A stretch of 64,000 bases of DNA from Candidatus Bathyarchaeota archaeon (GTDB lineage: Archaea > Thermoproteota > Bathyarchaeia > Bathyarchaeales > Bathycorpusculaceae). The DNA lies in assembly GCA_963775465.1 (NCBI GenBank), contig CAVZIW010000006.1:252755-316754 (forward strand), in the 5' to 3' direction. The notes under the pieces are model-generated. The model worked only from the letters and a program-made list of their open reading frames with translations. It did no database searches and was not told the origin of the DNA. Within the stretch, counting starts at the first letter, position 1; every line of letters starts with the position of its first letter. Both the position numbers and the translations under genes were made by a program. This document shows positions 18,408-28,648 of this stretch, one piece after another.

Positions 18408-19307
18408 ATGGGGTTGATGTCGGGCAAAGATTTCTTCATTGATCGATACCAACAGTTGGGTTGGACCTACCGCGAAACAAAGTTAAGGCAGACTATCCGA
18501 ATCAATGAGACAAACGCTAAAGGGAAAAATCTCGTTGATCGACTTGAACATTTGGGTGTTAGCCTTGAAAAGATCCCTTTCCTTAAATCTGGTTATTGGG
18601 TGCAATCCTCTAAAGTTTCGTCAGGTGCAACTGCCGAATACCTTTTAGGCTTCTATTCAATTCAAGAGGCAGCTGCGCAAATCCCTGTTTCTCTTTTCAC
18701 TAGATTGAAAGGAAAATTTGTACTCGATGCGTCAGCAGCTCCTGGAGGTAAAACTGTGCAATTAGCAGACTTAATGGAGAACACAGGAATAATTGTCGCT
18801 TTGGATGTGGAAAAGCGCCGCTTATCTGCCCTCTCAAACCATCTGGAACGGTGCCATGTAAGAAACACTTTGGTTTATTTGCTGGATGCAAGACTAACAT
18901 CAAACCTAAAATTCAAATTTCATAGAATCCTGATAGATGCACCGTGTTCTGGAAACTTTGCTTCCGATCCTATCTGGTTTAAAAATCGTACTATAAAAGA
19001 TGTAGAACGTAACTCGGCTTTGCAGCGGCAAATTTTAACTAAGGCAGTCGAATGTTTAGCTGATGATGGTGAACTTATTTATTCGACATGTTCACTGGAG
19101 CCCGAAGAAGATGAGCTTAATATAGATTGGGCGATAAAGAATCTCAAGTTAAGCATCGAAGAAATCAGCTGTCATGGTGAAAAAGGCTTAACGGAAATTT
19201 TCGGCAGAAAATTGGACCCTTTAGTCGAACGTTGCAGGAGGCTTTGGCCCGGAGAAACGCAGGGGTTTTTTGTATGCAAATTAAAAAAACGGAGCGTTGT
19301 GCTATGA
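18408..19307 (+). CDS. NOL1/NOP2/Sun (RsmB/F-type) RNA m5C methyltransferase
   Basis: SIQEAAA, LDASAAPGGKT, IDAPCSG, YSTCSL.PEE.E. Confidence 0.9.
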   Translation: MGLMSGKDFFIDRYQQLGWTYRETKLRQTIRINETNAKGKNLVDRLEHLGVSLEKIPFLKSGYWVQSSKVSSGATAEYLLGFYSIQEAAAQIPVSLFTRLKGKFVLDASAAPGGKTVQLADLMENTGIIVALDVEKRRLSALSNHLERCHVRNTLVYLLDARLTSNLKFKFHRILIDAPCSGNFASDPIWFKNRTIKDVERNSALQRQILTKAVECLADDGELIYSTCSLEPEEDELNIDWAIKNLKLSIEEISCHGEKGLTEIFGRKLDPLVERCRRLWPGETQGFFVCKLKKRSVVL

Positions 19308-19780
19308 AAGCAGCTTCTCTATTCAACTTTATTTCTCAATTTAATGTTCAAATGGCTTTAAATCCTGAATTAATTTTCGAGAAGAATGGGCGTTTCTTTT
19401 TGCTCAACGATTTGATAAAGCCACTAGTTAATCGAGACTTTTTTTACGCTGGTGTATATTTGGGGAAAGCTAAAGCAGGCAAGTTTTTTCCTAGCTTCAT
19501 TTTGTTATCTTTACTTGCTAAGGAAGGGCAAGCTAACCGTATTGTAGTTGACAGAAAGTCTGCCTGGCTTTTCATTTGTGGAAGAGATGTTTTGAGAAAA
19601 AGTATTGTGCGGATACACGGTCAAGCAAAAAAGGGTACGAATACCTTGGTTTTAAATGAGTTTGGCGAATGTTTAGGTTTCGGAAGAATTCTTGGAAAGG
19701 TGACTGGTTTGAGTTTTGGCAATGAAATTGCAATCCGAAATGTATCGGATATTGGGGATTTCCTTCGACGTGAACGTTGA
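19304..19780 (+). CDS. NIP7-like PUA-domain ribosome biogenesis protein
   Basis: ATGA overlap with the NOP2 gene. Motifs YAGVYLG, WLFICGRDV, ECLGFG, DIGDFLRRE. Confidence 0.75.
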   Translation: MKAASLFNFISQFNVQMALNPELIFEKNGRFFLLNDLIKPLVNRDFFYAGVYLGKAKAGKFFPSFILLSLLAKEGQANRIVVDRKSAWLFICGRDVLRKSIVRIHGQAKKGTNTLVLNEFGECLGFGRILGKVTGLSFGNEIAIRNVSDIGDFLRRER

Positions 19781-19994
19781 AGAAGTTTTTTTTGGTCATT
19801 TGTCTAGAAATGAACTTATTTTTAGTGTTTTTTATCGCGCTAATTTTGGTGGAGTCTCATTACATTTTTTCAAGTTTTTATCTTATTACTGAACATTTAT
19901 CAATTATATTAAAGCGATAGACTTATATATGTTTACGTTTAATCTGATTTCCATAACATATGGAGAGCATTGCCAAGCCCAGGAGAAATTAAAA

Positions 19995-21359
19995 ATGAAA
20001 AATTTTAAAAATCCAGCATGGAAAGAAGCTGTAAATAAAGTCATCCAACAAATTCAAGAAAACGACATTAAATTTGTTAGACTGCAATTTACAGACATAA
20101 ACGGCCTGCTGAAGAATTTAGCTGTAAGCGCGAAAAACATAGAAAGCATCTTTGAAAACGGTCAATCCTTCGACGGATCATCGATCACCGGTTATAGACC
20201 GATCGAAGAATCCGACATGGTCTTGTATCCAGACCCAACAACTTTTGCAATTCTACCTTGGAGACCGAAAGAAAAATCAAGTTGCAGACTAATTTGCGAT
20301 GTTTATACACCGCAAAACAAACGTTTTGAAGGTGACCCGCGATATATTCTGGAACGAGCTATTGAGAAAGCAAACAAAGCTGGCTATACCTTCATTTGCG
20401 CGCCCGAACTCGAATTCTTTATGGTTAGAGAAAGTGAAACAGGTGGTCTACCCACTCCCATAGACCTAGCGGGCTACTTTGACTTCCATCCAGGCGACTT
20501 AACAGATGACTTGCGCCGAGAAATCGCAGACACAGCCGAAGCCTTTGGCATTGAAATCGAAATCAGTCACCACGAAGTAGCCTTGGGTCAAAATGAAATT
20601 GACTTTAAATATGGTGAAGCTTTGGAGACTGCTGATCGTGCTATAACCATGAAGATGTGTGGCAAAGTTGTTGCAGCCCGCGCTGGTTACGTCGCAACCT
20701 ATATGCCCAAACCTTTCCAAGGAATCAATGGCAGTGGCATGCACACCCATCAAAGTCTCTGGAGCAAAGACATCACACAAAACATGTTTTATAGCGACGA
20801 TAGCAAAAATGGCTACCTTTCCGACATCGCTCGCAACTTTATCGGAGGACAACTTGCTCACGGCCGTAAAATGGCAGCAATCCTAAACTCATGGCCAAAC
20901 AGCTACAAACGACTCGTCCCAGGATACGAAGCACCAGTTTACCTTGCATGGGCACACAAAAATCGCAGCCCACTTATCCGAGTCCCCAACTTTGGTGGCA
21001 GAAAGACCGCGGCAAGATGTGAAATTCGCTGTCCAGATGGTGCAGGCAACCCGTACCTACAATTCGCAGTACTTTTGGCAACTGGCTTAGATGGAATAAA
21101 GAACAAGATTGACCCAGGCGATCCTGTAGAACTAAACGTTTACCACATGAGTCACGAAGAACGCAAAGAACGAGGAATAATTTCATTGCCAGAAAACCTT
21201 AAAGAAGCACTTGATGAACTTGAAACCAGCGAATTGATGCATGAAACACTCGGTCCAGTTACCTTTGAGAACTTCCTCAAAGAGAAACGCTACGAATGGG
21301 ATCTATACAGAACCCAAGTTACCGAGTGGGAAGTCAACCGATATATCAAACGACTCTAA
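19995..21359 (+). CDS. glnA: Glutamine synthetase type I
   Basis: LQFTDING, FDGSSI, ELEFF, HHEVA.GQ.EI, MPKP...NGSGMH.H, YKRLVPGYEAP. AGGAG SD before the ATG at 19995. Confidence 0.95.
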   Translation: MKNFKNPAWKEAVNKVIQQIQENDIKFVRLQFTDINGLLKNLAVSAKNIESIFENGQSFDGSSITGYRPIEESDMVLYPDPTTFAILPWRPKEKSSCRLICDVYTPQNKRFEGDPRYILERAIEKANKAGYTFICAPELEFFMVRESETGGLPTPIDLAGYFDFHPGDLTDDLRREIADTAEAFGIEIEISHHEVALGQNEIDFKYGEALETADRAITMKMCGKVVAARAGYVATYMPKPFQGINGSGMHTHQSLWSKDITQNMFYSDDSKNGYLSDIARNFIGGQLAHGRKMAAILNSWPNSYKRLVPGYEAPVYLAWAHKNRSPLIRVPNFGGRKTAARCEIRCPDGAGNPYLQFAVLLATGLDGIKNKIDPGDPVELNVYHMSHEERKERGIISLPENLKEALDELETSELMHETLGPVTFENFLKEKRYEWDLYRTQVTEWEVNRYIKRL

Positions 21360-21373
21360 ACTCAGAGAAAACG

Positions 21374-21405
21374 AGCCCTTTTTGGGCTAACCTTTTTCCT
21401 TTTTA
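21374..21405. terminator. Hairpin and T-tracts between convergent glnA and hisS
   Basis: AGCCC-TTTTT-GGGCT followed by T-rich runs. Confidence 0.4.
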
Positions 21406-22677
21406 TTATTTGAATTTTTCGACCAATTTCTCGAGCGGCACAGTACTTTGCTGCCTATTAGTCAAGTCTTTCAAAACCACAGCGCCTTCTTTGAGTTCAC
21501 GTTCTCCAACAATAATTGCAAAATCGACTTTTCGTTTATCCGCATCTTCCAATGCTTTGACCATTTTTCGACCCATTACCTCAAATTCAACAGGTATACC
21601 GGCATTTCTCAAATTTTGGGCGATTTTGAGAGCTTCAAGTTTTAAGTTTTCAACTATAGGTATTACAGCAACTTTTTTCTCTACTTTGCTAAATAAGTTT
21701 GCCTTTTGGGTTTGTAATGCAATTGCAACACGGTCAATTCCATGTGCGCATCCAACTGCTGGAGTGGGCTCTCCACCGAAAATTTCAATTAATCTGTCAT
21801 ATCGTCCTCCCCCGCCTAGCGCAATCTCTAACTGGGGGGTGTAGATTTCAAAAATAATGCCTGTATAGTATTCCAAGCCTCGAGCAAATCCAGCTTCTAA
21901 TTTGATAGGGACATTGGTGTTTTCGGCAACTAGTTCTAGAACTTCAGATAATTTTTCAACAGCATCTCTGGCTTCTTCGTAACTCGCTGTATAATCTTGC
22001 AGTTGTTTAGCAACATCCAGCCAATCATTGCCCCGAATTTCAATTAATCCCGTAAGCATTTTGCGGCATTTCTCTGATGCAATGAGTTGGAATGCTGCAT
22101 CGTATTCTTTTTTGTCCATTAGCTGCAAAACAGCATTTTGGGTTTTTTCGTTAATACCCTCTTGGCTAAGAATGCTACGGATAATGCCTATGTGTCCGAT
22201 TTTGAAAGCATAATCTTTCAACCCTAGCAATTTCATTAGGTTGTTAGATAGCAGAATGATTTCTGCATCGGCTTCAGGTTTGGAAGAACCAATTAGTTCA
22301 AAGTTTGATTGCCAAAATTCTCGGTACCTCCCACGCTGGGGCTCATCATAACGATAGACGGTTCCAACAGAAAAAAGCCGCAAGGGTTTGGGATCTTTTT
22401 TCAGTGTCGTTGTTGCTAATCGTGCGATTGAGGCAGTGAATTCTGGACGAAGCGCTACTTGGCGCTCGCCGAGGTCTTTGAAGACGAACATACGTTGACG
22501 GATTTCGTCTCCGGTCTTGGCGCTCAACAGATCAAGCTGCTCGACATGTGGCGTAATAACTTCTTTAAAGCCGTAAAGCGATGCGGTTTCTCGTGCTTTA
22601 TCTGTAATATATGTGAATGTTTGTGCTTCTTCCCCTATTAGATCTCTCATTCCGCGGACAGGTTGGAAATCAGGCAT
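21406..22677 (-). CDS. hisS: Histidyl-tRNA synthetase
   Basis: RGMRD, LRPEFTASIAR, RYDEPQRGRYREFWQ, ARGLEYYTG, GGGRYD and a C-terminal anticodon-binding domain. Confidence 0.96.
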   Translation of the reverse strand: MPDFQPVRGMRDLIGEEAQTFTYITDKARETASLYGFKEVITPHVEQLDLLSAKTGDEIRQRMFVFKDLGERQVALRPEFTASIARLATTTLKKDPKPLRLFSVGTVYRYDEPQRGRYREFWQSNFELIGSSKPEADAEIILLSNNLMKLLGLKDYAFKIGHIGIIRSILSQEGINEKTQNAVLQLMDKKEYDAAFQLIASEKCRKMLTGLIEIRGNDWLDVAKQLQDYTASYEEARDAVEKLSEVLELVAENTNVPIKLEAGFARGLEYYTGIIFEIYTPQLEIALGGGGRYDRLIEIFGGEPTPAVGCAHGIDRVAIALQTQKANLFSKVEKKVAVIPIVENLKLEALKIAQNLRNAGIPVEFEVMGRKMVKALEDADKRKVDFAIIVGERELKEGAVVLKDLTNRQQSTVPLEKLVEKFK

Positions 22678-22719
22678 TTATTTGTGCTCCTAATCAAGCT
22701 AAATGGCACCATTATTCTA

Positions 22720-23538
22720 TTAAACTCTCGCTAAAGGTTTGCATGCTTCTACTTCAAGGCGCATCATACGCAAATGGACGGTGCCTTCAGCGTCTGTTGG
22801 GTGGTTATCGAGATAGCGGCGAGCTATTTCTTTAACAAACAAATCTCTTTTTTCGATGGGTAATCGTTCGGTGTAGGGCAGCCATGTGGTCCTTATCCAC
22901 CCAATAAACCCTTTTTGACCAGAATGCTTCATGTCCCTTGGAAAAAGCTCAACACGTGTAGGCTTAAGACCTGCTTCATCCAAAAAGACTCGGTACTCTT
23001 CTGAACTAAAAAAGCCGTAAGGAAATTTAAAGTCGTCGAAATATTTTTTCCAATGGCTTTCAATTAACATATCGGTCAAAATGCTAATTATATCTTGGGC
23101 ATTGCCTTTTCCAGCCATCTGAACAACAAGCCTTCCATTTGGTTTTAAAATCCTTTGCACACCCTGCATAACTGATTTCTGATCGACAATCCAGTGTAAC
23201 GCTGCGTTAGAAAACACTACCTCGAATTCTTGGTTAAATATAAGTTTTCGAGCATCCATTACCTGAAAATCGAGGTTTGGGTAATCTTTTCTGGGAAAGG
23301 TGGTTTGGGCGAGTTTAATCATTTGGGGTGAAGAATCGATTCCAACCGCTTTGCCTTTTGGAAGGCATCTTGCGAGTTTCGCGGTGATTTTTCCGTCGCC
23401 GCAGCCGATGTCTATCAAAGCTTCGGTTCCTTGGAGCTTAAGTTTTGGAATTAGTTCTTTTGCCCATTGGAGCTGGTTCGTAGAGTTCCTAGCGTAGTCT
23501 TTTGCATCCCAAGAGTAACCTGAGTTATTCATCTTCAT
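22720..23538 (-). CDS. Class I SAM-dependent methyltransferase (trans-aconitate methyltransferase-like)
   Basis: IDIGCGDG, GIDSS..MI, VFSNAALHW. Confidence 0.85.
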   Translation of the reverse strand: MKMNNSGYSWDAKDYARNSTNQLQWAKELIPKLKLQGTEALIDIGCGDGKITAKLARCLPKGKAVGIDSSPQMIKLAQTTFPRKDYPNLDFQVMDARKLIFNQEFEVVFSNAALHWIVDQKSVMQGVQRILKPNGRLVVQMAGKGNAQDIISILTDMLIESHWKKYFDDFKFPYGFFSSEEYRVFLDEAGLKPTRVELFPRDMKHSGQKGFIGWIRTTWLPYTERLPIEKRDLFVKEIARRYLDNHPTDAEGTVHLRMMRLEVEACKPLARV

Positions 23539-24106
23539 TTTGGTTCTGGTCGATTTTATTAAAGCTCAGTGGGGAAACAGAGTAATGAACAACTTCGCCA
23601 CGTCGGTTTGTGACTGCTAAAATTAGCTCTTTTTTTTGGTTGTTGCATTTGGTCAATGCATCTGATAGGTCGTTTACAGGTAGTGGTTTCCCCTCTTGCG
23701 TTACCATAATTAGATAGGGAGCGGTGTCTTTGCCGTAGGTGCCTCGCTCATAGATACGGAAGTCAATGCCACTCCCGAATCCATCGCGTACGACGTAGCC
23801 GCGGCTACGAAGGTCACGGTAAACAAGGTAGTTGACCCATGCGTTGTTGTTTTGAGCTGAATAGACGTACAAAAGGCTTTGGAAATCAATGGCTTTGCAT
23901 TTTGCATCTTTGACTTCAAGCATGCCCTTATCTAGGAGATATAGTGCCTCGTAAAAAGTCAGTGTTAAAACCTTTTTCTCCAAAGTGCCGTATCCCCGAG
24001 AAGAGAGAGCATCTATGTTGCTCTGCTCAAAGATTACGATGCCTTTCTCTGCAAGGACCCCTGTAGTCCGAAATTCTACAGGTGTCGTCTTCTGGGATTC
24101 GCTCAT
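23525..24106 (-). CDS. endA: tRNA-splicing endonuclease subunit, probably the non-catalytic (structural) subunit
   Basis: LTFYEALYL, YLVYRDLRSRGYVVR.G..G.DFRIY. Catalytic Tyr and His positions are substituted (GFGSG, TAPYL). Confidence 0.8.
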   Translation of the reverse strand: MSESQKTTPVEFRTTGVLAEKGIVIFEQSNIDALSSRGYGTLEKKVLTLTFYEALYLLDKGMLEVKDAKCKAIDFQSLLYVYSAQNNNAWVNYLVYRDLRSRGYVVRDGFGSGIDFRIYERGTYGKDTAPYLIMVTQEGKPLPVNDLSDALTKCNNQKKELILAVTNRRGEVVHYSVSPLSFNKIDQNQNEDE

Positions 24107-24123
24107 TTTTAGCAACTCTTCTT

Positions 24124-25152
24124 TTAAGCTAAAATTTTTCCTTTTTTGAAATCGCCAAAGTCCTTATTGTAGATAATGCGGTTCTCCGTTATGATGGCAG
24201 TGATATATTTGAGGGGTGTAGCGTCAAAGGCGGGGTTCATAACTTCAATGCCCTTTGGAGCGATTTGCATCCTTTCTATCTGGGTGACTTCTTCGGGTTT
24301 GCGTTCCTCTACCTCAATGTTGGCGGCTTTGCGGGTTAAGTCGAAGGTTGATTTGGGCGCGGCAACGTAGAATGGAATTTTGTGTTCATGTGCCAGAACA
24401 GCGACGCTATACGTCCCAATTTTGTTGAATACTGCGTCTTGCACGATACGGTCAGCACCTACAATGACCAAATTGACTAGACCCTTACTCATGACATACC
24501 CTGCCATGTTGTCGGTGATAAGAGTGACTGGGATACCGTCGCGTTTGAGTTCGTAAGCTGTGAGTCTTGAGCCCTGCAATAGTGGTCTTGTTTCGTCGGC
24601 GATTACTTTGATTTTTTTGCCCTCTTCCCAGGCCTTACGGATAACGCCTAGAGCGGTTCCGTATTCAACGGTTGCTAATTCGCCCGCATTGCAATGAGTC
24701 AGAATAGTGTCACCGTCTTTGATTAGAATTGATCCGTGTTTGCCTATTTTTCGGTTTTGGGAGGCATCTTCGTCTGCGACTTGTTGTGCTTCCAAAATTA
24801 CTGCTTTCTTGACTTCGGCGGCGTTTCCTTTGACAGCTTTCGCCTTATATAAAACTCGGTCAACTCCCCAAAACAGGTTCACTGCTGTGGGTCTTTGACG
24901 CTTAATGAATGCGCCTGCGTTTTCGAGTTCAACCAACAATTTTTCTCGGCTTGTTGCTGTAGAATGATAAGCTGCCAATGCAATACCAAAGCTGGCTGCT
25001 ACCCCTAAAAGTGGGGCGCCTCTAACGCGGAGAACCTTTATCGCTTCAGCCATTTGGTCAACGCTATTAATTTCAAGGGTGACTTCTTGGAGAGGGAGTT
25101 TTGTTTGGTCGAGTGTGATGACGGTTCCATTTTGCCACTTAATCATTCGCAT
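24124..25152 (-). CDS. mtnA: S-methyl-5-thioribose-1-phosphate isomerase (eIF2B-like family)
   Basis: LDQTKLP, VRGAP, RPTAVNL, THCNAG.LAT, ETRPLLQG.RLTA.EL, GADRI, NKIGTY, NPAFD.TP. Confidence 0.92.
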   Translation of the reverse strand: MRMIKWQNGTVITLDQTKLPLQEVTLEINSVDQMAEAIKVLRVRGAPLLGVAASFGIALAAYHSTATSREKLLVELENAGAFIKRQRPTAVNLFWGVDRVLYKAKAVKGNAAEVKKAVILEAQQVADEDASQNRKIGKHGSILIKDGDTILTHCNAGELATVEYGTALGVIRKAWEEGKKIKVIADETRPLLQGSRLTAYELKRDGIPVTLITDNMAGYVMSKGLVNLVIVGADRIVQDAVFNKIGTYSVAVLAHEHKIPFYVAAPKSTFDLTRKAANIEVEERKPEEVTQIERMQIAPKGIEVMNPAFDATPLKYITAIITENRIIYNKDFGDFKKGKILA

Positions 25153-25342
25153 GCTCTTATCCTCGTTTTAGTTGAGAATAGTTTAGTTGGCGGCGGCAAT
25201 GTTAAAGATTTTCTGTCAACTAACGATTACGCATTTGAATAAATGGTGCAGAAATTGGGTCAAAAATGTAACCTGAATTTTAGTTTTCATTTTAGGAGCA
25301 TTTTTCATTTTTGATGAATAAAGAAAGAGGCTTTGAGTGAAC

Positions 25343-26095
25343 TTAAGTGGAATTATCAAAGGGCGATTTAAGTTGGGTAACGACTTCGACTGGAGAATCT
25401 GCTCCTGACTTTAGACGTTTTTTCCACTCTTCGCCCACTGCGATTAGCGAAAAGATACCTGAAACCTCAGCTTTGCTCTTCTTAACAAGATTAACGAGTG
25501 ACTCTTGGGTTTCACCGCTTTTAATCATGTCATCGACGATTAGGACGCTGTCACGTTTTTTAATGGATTCTTTGGGGATGTATAGAGTTATGGTTACGCC
25601 AGAGTCGCGCCCTAAAATAAAAGTTTCTTCTAAGAAAGATTTGACTCCGACTTCTTTGTTGCGTTTAGCAACGATGAGGTTGACGCCCAATGCATTGGCA
25701 ACCATAGTAGCTAATGGAACACCGTCAACTGCGGCGGTTAATATTTTTGTTACGCGTTTTCCGGCGAAATTTGCTAATGCATGATTCGCAGCTTGTTGGA
25801 GTATGTTGTAGTCGCCCACGATTTCAGTGTTGTCAAAGTAACCTGTATCGTCGAATTTGATGCGGCTTCGAAGTTCTGCTTCTAAACCGACAAGCTTAGT
25901 TAAGACACGCCAGAGCTGTTTGGCGCGTGTTGTGTTTGGTAAGACATGACCTTTTGCGTATCGACTTAAAACTGTGACGGGTAAGCCTGTTTTGGAGGCG
26001 AGCTCCCGGTAAGTTATATTTCGTTTGTACTTCGCTGTCCGAAGTAATTCAATTGTCATTAACCGAAGTTTTAAATCTTCTGCGTGAGTGCTCAA
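25343..26095 (-). CDS. HTH plus phosphoribosyltransferase-domain protein (PurR/Apt-like)
   Basis: N-terminal TYRELA..TGLPVTVLSRY HTH and PRPP-binding motif VLIVDDMIKSGET. Confidence 0.8.
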   Translation of the reverse strand: MSTHAEDLKLRLMTIELLRTAKYKRNITYRELASKTGLPVTVLSRYAKGHVLPNTTRAKQLWRVLTKLVGLEAELRSRIKFDDTGYFDNTEIVGDYNILQQAANHALANFAGKRVTKILTAAVDGVPLATMVANALGVNLIVAKRNKEVGVKSFLEETFILGRDSGVTITLYIPKESIKKRDSVLIVDDMIKSGETQESLVNLVKKSKAEVSGIFSLIAVGEEWKKRLKSGADSPVEVVTQLKSPFDNST

Positions 26096-26224
26096 TTTTT
26101 ACCTTATCCCCGATTTACATTTATGCGTCAAATATTAAACATTTACTAAATATTATAACTTGAAGATTTATAACTTTCCGTCAAAAATTGAAGTAAACCG
26201 CGTGGAAGACTTTTTAACAACAAC

Positions 26225-26596
26225 TTATGTGGAGAATTTTGTTATATAGACAGTCTTTCCCTCTTTGAAGGCACGCAGTAACTCACAATGGCGTAAAACT
26301 GCAAATTGGCGTTCCATCTCTTCTGGAGTCAAACTCAACTCAGCTATTAATTCTTCCCTCTTGATTGTTCTTTTTTCGGCTACTATATTGTAGATCTGCT
26401 TTTGTAAGTCAGTTAACCCTTCGGTACCGTTTTGTCCCAGTTCTTTTCGGATAGTAAGAGTCGAATGCACTGCCAAAGGGTCACATGTTTTGGGTGGGTT
26501 CATAAGTTCAAAACAACAATCTTCACAAACGTCTTTTCCTTCAAAATGATTCACTTGATTTGTTTCAAGATTACACCCACAGCGTGCACATTGCAT
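26225..26596 (-). CDS. Hypothetical Zn-finger plus wHTH-like protein
   Basis: CARC...CEDC...CDPLAV followed by a helical HTH-like C-terminus (FAVLRHCEL). Confidence 0.65.
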   Translation of the reverse strand: MQCARCGCNLETNQVNHFEGKDVCEDCCFELMNPPKTCDPLAVHSTLTIRKELGQNGTEGLTDLQKQIYNIVAEKRTIKREELIAELSLTPEEMERQFAVLRHCELLRAFKEGKTVYITKFST

Positions 26597-26691
26597 AAGA
26601 TAATCCCCTTACATTTATTACTCAGCTAACCTAAAAATTAATGTTTTTAAAATGGAGACCTGATTCTATAGTTCAAAGAGGGGCGCACACA

Positions 26692-27219
26692 TTGCAGAAA
26701 CTACAGCGGTTGTTCATAATTGCACTTTTCGGTTCAATAATTTTCGTTACCAATGTCTTTCTTCCATCCCCACTAAACTACCTCATAATAGTGGTTCAAG
26801 CTGTCCTTCTTGCTTTAAGTGGGGTATTCATCCCTAAAATCGGTGCTATGTCGGCCGGCGCAGTAGGGGGTCTTCTGACAGCATTAATCAGCGGAACTGC
26901 ATTGGGTCCCTTCACATTCTTTTTTGCATTTCTCTTTGGCTTATTTGTCGACGTGTTTCTATTAATTTTCAAAGTAAAAGGTTCTACTCAAAGCATACGC
27001 AGAAATAGGATGATGGGTGCAATGGCTGTGAGTACGCTCTTAATTGCAGTTTCTAGCTATTTGGCATTTACAACAGGGTTTTTGTCATTTAGTCTATTTA
27101 TTGAACGTAGTCTCATGTTAGATGCTCTAGTATTGTTTATGGGTCCAGTGACAGGTGCAGTTGCGGGTTACGCTACTTCTTACCTCTGGAATAAATATCT
27201 TCGTCATATCAACATCTAA
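26692..27219 (+). CDS. Integral membrane protein (ECF S-component-like)
   Basis: About 5-6 hydrophobic segments. TTG start preceded by GAGGGG. Confidence 0.55.
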   Translation: MQKLQRLFIIALFGSIIFVTNVFLPSPLNYLIIVVQAVLLALSGVFIPKIGAMSAGAVGGLLTALISGTALGPFTFFFAFLFGLFVDVFLLIFKVKGSTQSIRRNRMMGAMAVSTLLIAVSSYLAFTTGFLSFSLFIERSLMLDALVLFMGPVTGAVAGYATSYLWNKYLRHINI

Positions 27220-27485
27220 AGATTTAGATCCTTTATTTGTTGGTCAACGAGTTTGGCAATCATCAAATTAGAAATAAATACGCACCTAACTCCTAAAAGC
27301 TCAGCAAGTTCTGCGGGTTTCTGATCTTGTGTCACTAACAAAAGCCCCTTTTTGCCAGCGTACTCCACGATATCCCTGTCCTTGGCGCTCTTTAGTCCAG
27401 CTTCCTGAGCAGTTGTAACTTGATAACCTAAAGCCTCAAAGTATTCTTTTAGACCAGTATACATTTCGTCAAGGAGAAGTTTCAT
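27216..27485 (-). CDS. PIN-like protein (DUF5615 / Mut7-C N-terminal type)
   Basis: MKLLLDEM...L..LGY.V.......D..I...A......LVTQD. Confidence 0.75.
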   Translation of the reverse strand: MKLLLDEMYTGLKEYFEALGYQVTTAQEAGLKSAKDRDIVEYAGKKGLLLVTQDQKPAELAELLGVRCVFISNLMIAKLVDQQIKDLNL

Positions 27486-27524
27486 GTTTCCTTTTTTATG
27501 CTGCAAGATTATTAGCTTTTGCTT

Positions 27525-28169
27525 TTAGTCTATTAAGAGGATTGCAAAGGACTCAGGATTTTTTGCGAAGGGAAAAGTAACGGTTATGCCTGCATTGGCC
27601 GCGGTCTTTTTAACGTTGACTCCAACTGCATCTTCTGACCAACGTGCCAATTCAGGGTGTCTGCAAATGCGAGTCTCGGTGTTGCATTTTTCGCAGAGTT
27701 GGCAATGTCCAGAAATGAATGACAAGGCTAAACTATAGCCCTTGTTCATGGCAGCTTTTTCCAAATCTACCACGCTTTGTAGTATGTTTTGTTTGTCTTC
27801 TTTCCAGTCCTTCCAAAACTTTGCCGCCTTTTCCTTGATTTCCTTTGAGACTGTGGGGTCTGTTTCGGCAACCATAAGTTTCTTTAAAACTTCAGTGTCG
27901 GCTTGTGCGTTTGAGACGAACTTCATAAACATAGCATAGCTATATTCGCTGACAATTTTGCGAAATTCCTCAGCGGAAGGTGTGTATGGTGGACAGGCCA
28001 AAGTTTTGCCATATTGTTTGCAGCCGACTTTACATTTAAGGACCACGCGGTCTTCTACAACGACTTTAGTCGTGGGAATTATTTTTGCATCTGCTGCGCC
28101 TTTTTCAAGTGCTAATTTTGCTAGAAACTGATATTTTTCAGTTCCATTTTTATTTGGCATCTTTTTCAC
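27525..28169 (-). CDS. DUF2284-type Cys-rich metal-binding protein
   Basis: RVVLKC..GC..YG..LACPPYTP, GHCQLCEKC, CRHP..AR.S.DAVGVNV. Confidence 0.75.
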   Translation of the reverse strand: MKKMPNKNGTEKYQFLAKLALEKGAADAKIIPTTKVVVEDRVVLKCKVGCKQYGKTLACPPYTPSAEEFRKIVSEYSYAMFMKFVSNAQADTEVLKKLMVAETDPTVSKEIKEKAAKFWKDWKEDKQNILQSVVDLEKAAMNKGYSLALSFISGHCQLCEKCNTETRICRHPELARWSEDAVGVNVKKTAANAGITVTFPFAKNPESFAILLID

Positions 28170-28648
28170 TTAAGCTGGTTTGACAGAGTCTTTTGATATA
28201 AACATTTTAGTTAAATCTGCATAAGATGAACCATTGCCTTAGTCATATACAAATGATTTAGCAAAACCACTCCGCCGGTGCATTTTCTTTTCTAAAGTCA
28301 GAGGATAAGCTTCAACTGTTTCCTTACTCATCATTGTCCCCTTTAAACATTCGGTTGATTCATTTTCTTACTTCTCCACACGTTAAAGAGCAATAAAAAA
28401 CATTTTTTGAAAACTTTTAAAGAGTCACTTTACAAAACCTTTCGATAGAATAGAGAGGGCTCTTAAAGTAGTCTACAGTATTATTCTCAGCTTTGCTCTG
28501 AGTCAATTTCTTTCTGAAAAATCAAGCTTTGGCAAGTTAGTGCTTATATGTATTTGTTGTTGTGCAACGACTGTAACACATTTTAATTAACAACCCTTGA
28601 GAGATAATAATTTAAAATCTGTTGAAGCGAGTTTGAGGTTGTTTTTGA

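Noticed and set aside
19801-19995. NrpR operator upstream of glnA
   Set aside because: No GGAA-N6-TTCC match found by eye.
28240-28335. About 31-codon minus-strand ORF (MMSKETVEAYPLTLEKK...) with a GGGGA upstream
   Set aside because: Too short and featureless to call without conservation data.
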